Part shown: one piece after another, positions 37,265 to 40,000 of the stretch
Layout of the letters: each line of letters begins with the position of its first letter
Position numbering within the stretch: position 1 is the first letter of the stretch
NCBI RefSeq assembly: GCF_033949435.1
Contig: NZ_JAXARY010000002.1
Coordinates: 257,119 to 297,118, forward strand
Direction of reading: 5' to 3'
Origin: Methylomonas defluvii
Lineage (GTDB): Bacteria; Pseudomonadota; Gammaproteobacteria; Methylococcales; Methylomonadaceae
Length of the DNA: 40,000 nt
The notes under the pieces: model-generated
Told to the model about the DNA's origin: nothing
The model's input: only the letters and a program-made list of their open reading frames with translations
The model's database searches: none
Translations under genes and position numbers: made by a program

Positions 37265-38551
37265 ATGCAAATTCATTTAAAAACCCTGGGCTGCCGCCTC
37301 AACGAAGCAGAACTGGAAACCTGGGCGCAAGCCTTTCAGGCTAAAGGCCATAGCATCACCCGCAACTTGAGCGACGCGCAATTGGTGATCATCAATTCCT
37401 GCGCGGTCACCCAAGACGCGGTGAAAAAATCCAAGCAAATGATACGCCGCATTCACCGTGACAATCCGCAAGCCAAGCTGGTGGTCAGCGGTTGTTACGC
37501 GACACTGAACGAGGAAGAAGCCGCGCAATTGATGGGCGTGGATTTGATCGTCGGCAACCAGGACAAAAACCAGCTGGTGGAGAAAACCCTGGCCGAACTG
37601 AATCTGGACAGTATGCCGGCGATGTCGACCGAACCCGGCGAAGTGTCGCTGTTCAGCCGTGGCCGCCAGCGCGCCTTCGTCAAGGTACAGGACGGCTGCC
37701 GCTACCGCTGCACCTTCTGCATCGTCACCGTTGCTCGCGGCGAGGAAAGCAGCCGGCCGATTCAAGCAGTCATTGACGAGATCAACGCGCTGCACGCTCA
37801 AGGCATCAACGAAGCCATCATCACCGGTGTGCATTTGGGCGGTTACGGCAGTGACATCAACAGTAATTTGGTCGAATTGGTTAGCGAAATCCTGGCTAAG
37901 ACGGAGATTCCACGCCTGCGCATGGGCTCTCTGGAACCTTGGGAATTGCCGGATGGTTTCTTCGAGTTGTTCAAAAATTCAAGGCTGATGCCACATCTGC
38001 ATTTACCCTTGCAGAGCGGCAGCGACAGCGTACTACGGCGCATGGCCAGGCGCTGTAAAACGGAGGAATTCGGCCAGATCGTTAAACTGGCCCGAGCGAC
38101 GATTCCGCATTTCAATATCACTACCGACATCATCGTCGGCTTTCCTGGCGAAACCGAACTGGAATGGCAGGAAAGTTTTGATTACATCAAAAGCCTGGGT
38201 TTTGGTCATATTCACATTTTCAGCTATTCGCCTCGGGAAGGCACCAAAGCCGCGGGTTTGCCAGATCAAGTGGGGCAGAACACAAAGAAACTGCGCAGCA
38301 AGCAATTGCATGAATTAGCCGACACAATGAAGCATAGGTTCATTGCCGAAAACCTCGGCGAACAGGCCAACATCTTATGGGAAGGGCAAAAAGAAGCTCA
38401 GAAAGATGGCGTGGTCCGCCATTTCGGCTACACACCGAACTATCTAAGGGTAGCCTGCGATGTGGCACCCGACCTTATTCTGGAAAATAAGATAATGTCG
38501 GGAGTACTGATAGAAGCGAAACCGGATTTCGTGCTCGTCCGCTTGGATTGA
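37265..38551 (+). CDS. mtaB: Radical-SAM methylthiotransferase, MtaB-like
   Basis: It has the N-terminal MTTase domain (LKTLGCRLNEAE), the radical-SAM cluster motif CRYRCTFC, and a C-terminal TRAM-like end. Confidence 0.85.
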   Translation: MQIHLKTLGCRLNEAELETWAQAFQAKGHSITRNLSDAQLVIINSCAVTQDAVKKSKQMIRRIHRDNPQAKLVVSGCYATLNEEEAAQLMGVDLIVGNQDKNQLVEKTLAELNLDSMPAMSTEPGEVSLFSRGRQRAFVKVQDGCRYRCTFCIVTVARGEESSRPIQAVIDEINALHAQGINEAIITGVHLGGYGSDINSNLVELVSEILAKTEIPRLRMGSLEPWELPDGFFELFKNSRLMPHLHLPLQSGSDSVLRRMARRCKTEEFGQIVKLARATIPHFNITTDIIVGFPGETELEWQESFDYIKSLGFGHIHIFSYSPREGTKAAGLPDQVGQNTKKLRSKQLHELADTMKHRFIAENLGEQANILWEGQKEAQKDGVVRHFGYTPNYLRVACDVAPDLILENKIMSGVLIEAKPDFVLVRLD

Positions 38552-38563
38552 AGCAATAAAAAA

Positions 38564-38594
38564 GCCGCAAAGCTATTTGCTTTACGGCCTTTTA
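38564..38594. terminator. Bidirectional terminator between convergent mtaB and mlaA
   Basis: The hairpin is GCCGCAAAGC-tattt-GCTTTACGGC, flanked by AAAAA upstream and CTTTT downstream. Confidence 0.65.
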
Positions 38595-38616
38595 CATAAG
38601 AGTGGAACAGTTTAAA

Positions 38617-39399
38617 TCAATACGGATTCGGATCGAGCGGTCCACGCCCACCGCCCTGCATTTCGTCGAATTTCAACACATCTTCGTCTGGAACCTTGCC
38701 ATCGTGAACCAGGTAATTACGTCTCGAAAGATAGGCATTTTTAAAAAACTCGTAACGATCCAGTGCCGCCTCTGTAGCGACTTTTTCCATACCCAACAGA
38801 TCTGAGCGCGCGTCGATGACTTTCAATGCACCAGGACCAATCGAAACCGCCGCGCCAATCCAATTTGGATTTATGTAGATACCGGCATAAGTAAACGGAT
38901 TCATCGCGGCATCGCCAACCAACCCGAACACGCCACGTGGCGAACTGGGTCCGAAAAACGGCAGGACCAAGTAAGGGCCGGTAGGTATTCCCCAATAGCC
39001 TAAGGTTTGATCAAAATCTTCATTATGCTTCGGCAAATCGATCATCGTCCCAACATCGATAAGCCCGGCGACACCGATGGTGGTGTTCACCAAGAAACGC
39101 GCGCCGTCCTGACCCGATTGCAGGAGTTTTCCTTGCAAAACATCGTTGGTACAAACACCTATGTCATCGACATTGCTGAAAAAATTAGTAACCGCTTGGT
39201 CCGCAAAATCGGGCATCACCCAATCGTAGCCTTTGGCAACCGGTTTCATGACATAATCGTCCACGCCGTCATTAAATGATTGCACGCCTCTGTTCCAGCC
39301 CTCCCAAGGATCTTTAGGATCGACACCGCGGGTCGTGGCACAACCGTTTAATACGGTCAGTAACCCTAAGATAACCCAACCTTTTTTCCGATCTTGCAT
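38617..39399 (-). CDS. mlaA: MlaA/VacJ-family outer-membrane lipoprotein
   Basis: It has the lipobox LTVLNGC, the DPWEGWNR motif, and full-length MlaA-like sequence. Confidence 0.9.
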   Translation of the reverse strand: MQDRKKGWVILGLLTVLNGCATTRGVDPKDPWEGWNRGVQSFNDGVDDYVMKPVAKGYDWVMPDFADQAVTNFFSNVDDIGVCTNDVLQGKLLQSGQDGARFLVNTTIGVAGLIDVGTMIDLPKHNEDFDQTLGYWGIPTGPYLVLPFFGPSSPRGVFGLVGDAAMNPFTYAGIYINPNWIGAAVSIGPGALKVIDARSDLLGMEKVATEAALDRYEFFKNAYLSRRNYLVHDGKVPDEDVLKFDEMQGGGRGPLDPNPY

Positions 39400-39489
39400 A
39401 ACTTCACCTCACCAATTGAATATTGTTTATACCTATCCAAAACTCACGTAACATAACGCACAACCGACTTTTTTAGCCCATCAAACTCA

Positions 39490-40000
39490 ATGGAAATAAA
39501 CCTAAATCCGTTAGGCAACCGTTTCAGAGGTTACCTTCCTGTTATTGTCGATATAGAGACCGCCGGCTTTAATTCAAAAAAAAATCCACTATTGGAAATC
39601 GCCGCCGTAATAGTCGAACCAGACACTGATGGATGGCTGCATGTCACCGAAAAACATCACTGCAATATCATTCCTTTCAAAAACTCAGAGCTGGATGACG
39701 CAGCGCTCAAATTTACCGGTATCGATCCATACCATCCTTTCCGCATGGCTATAGAAGAGAAGGATGCGCTTACCAAGCTGTTTACCCCTATCAAAGCCGC
39801 TGTAAAACGTAACGAATGCAAGAGAGCTATTTTGGTTGGTCACAACCCAGCTTTCGATATCAATTTTTTGAACGCCGCTATTGAACGAACCAACTACAAA
39901 CGAAGCCCGTTTCATCCATTCAGTAGTTTCGATACCGCCACACTCGGAGGGCTAATGTACGGACAAACAGTTTTAGCAAAAATTGCTCAAGCTGCCGGAA
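39490..40000 (+). CDS. rnt: Ribonuclease T (partial; runs off the window)
   Basis: This ORF is not in the supplied track because it has no stop in the window. It translates MEINLNPLGNRFRGYLPVIVDIETAGFN...LVGHNPAFDINFL...FHPFSSFDTATL, which is colinear with E. coli RNase T (DEDDh motifs). Confidence 0.9.
   Translation, partial: MEINLNPLGNRFRGYLPVIVDIETAGFNSKKNPLLEIAAVIVEPDTDGWLHVTEKHHCNIIPFKNSELDDAALKFTGIDPYHPFRMAIEEKDALTKLFTPIKAAVKRNECKRAILVGHNPAFDINFLNAAIERTNYKRSPFHPFSSFDTATLGGLMYGQTVLAKIAQAAG

Noticed and set aside
39685-39915. 76-aa minus-strand ORF
   Set aside because: It lies antisense within the clearly recognisable (partial) RNase T gene.

Overview
The window is a gammaproteobacterial-type chromosome segment. 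Three housekeeping blocks are recognisable: recA-recX-alaS-lysC, infA/clpA-clpS, and nudix-mnmA...purB. Other core genes are relA, cobB, an mtaB-like gene, mlaA and rnt. At least four accessory insertions interrupt this backbone.

(1) 1-7813 is the right-hand end of a genomic island abutting tRNA-Thr(UGU). It carries two tyrosine integrases, an excisionase-like gene, a RadC-like JAB gene and an AT-rich orphan gene with a hexanucleotide-repeat linker.

(2) 7963-12922 is a P1B (copper-type) ATPase operon whose metal-binding modules are split onto separate small proteins.

(3) The alaS-lysC and recX-alaS gaps hold a ParE/antitoxin pair and a HicB-HicA-DUF2442 operon. They also hold the most striking item in the window: an AT-rich two-gene cassette (14752-16057) that looks like phage lambda RexA/RexB. 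No prophage surrounds it, and it is bracketed by two ~258-bp, ~90% identical, highly structured inverted repeats (14453-14712 and 16138-16404).

(4) The mnmA-purB gap holds a RelE/HTH toxin-antitoxin pair plus an AT-rich, translationally coupled ABC-type ATPase and Toprim-like pair (32694-34552). Its architecture is OLD/PARIS-like, so it is a candidate phage-defence module.

All functional calls come from reading motifs and remembered family features. No searches were run. Most short antisense or alternate-frame ORFs in the track are judged spurious.
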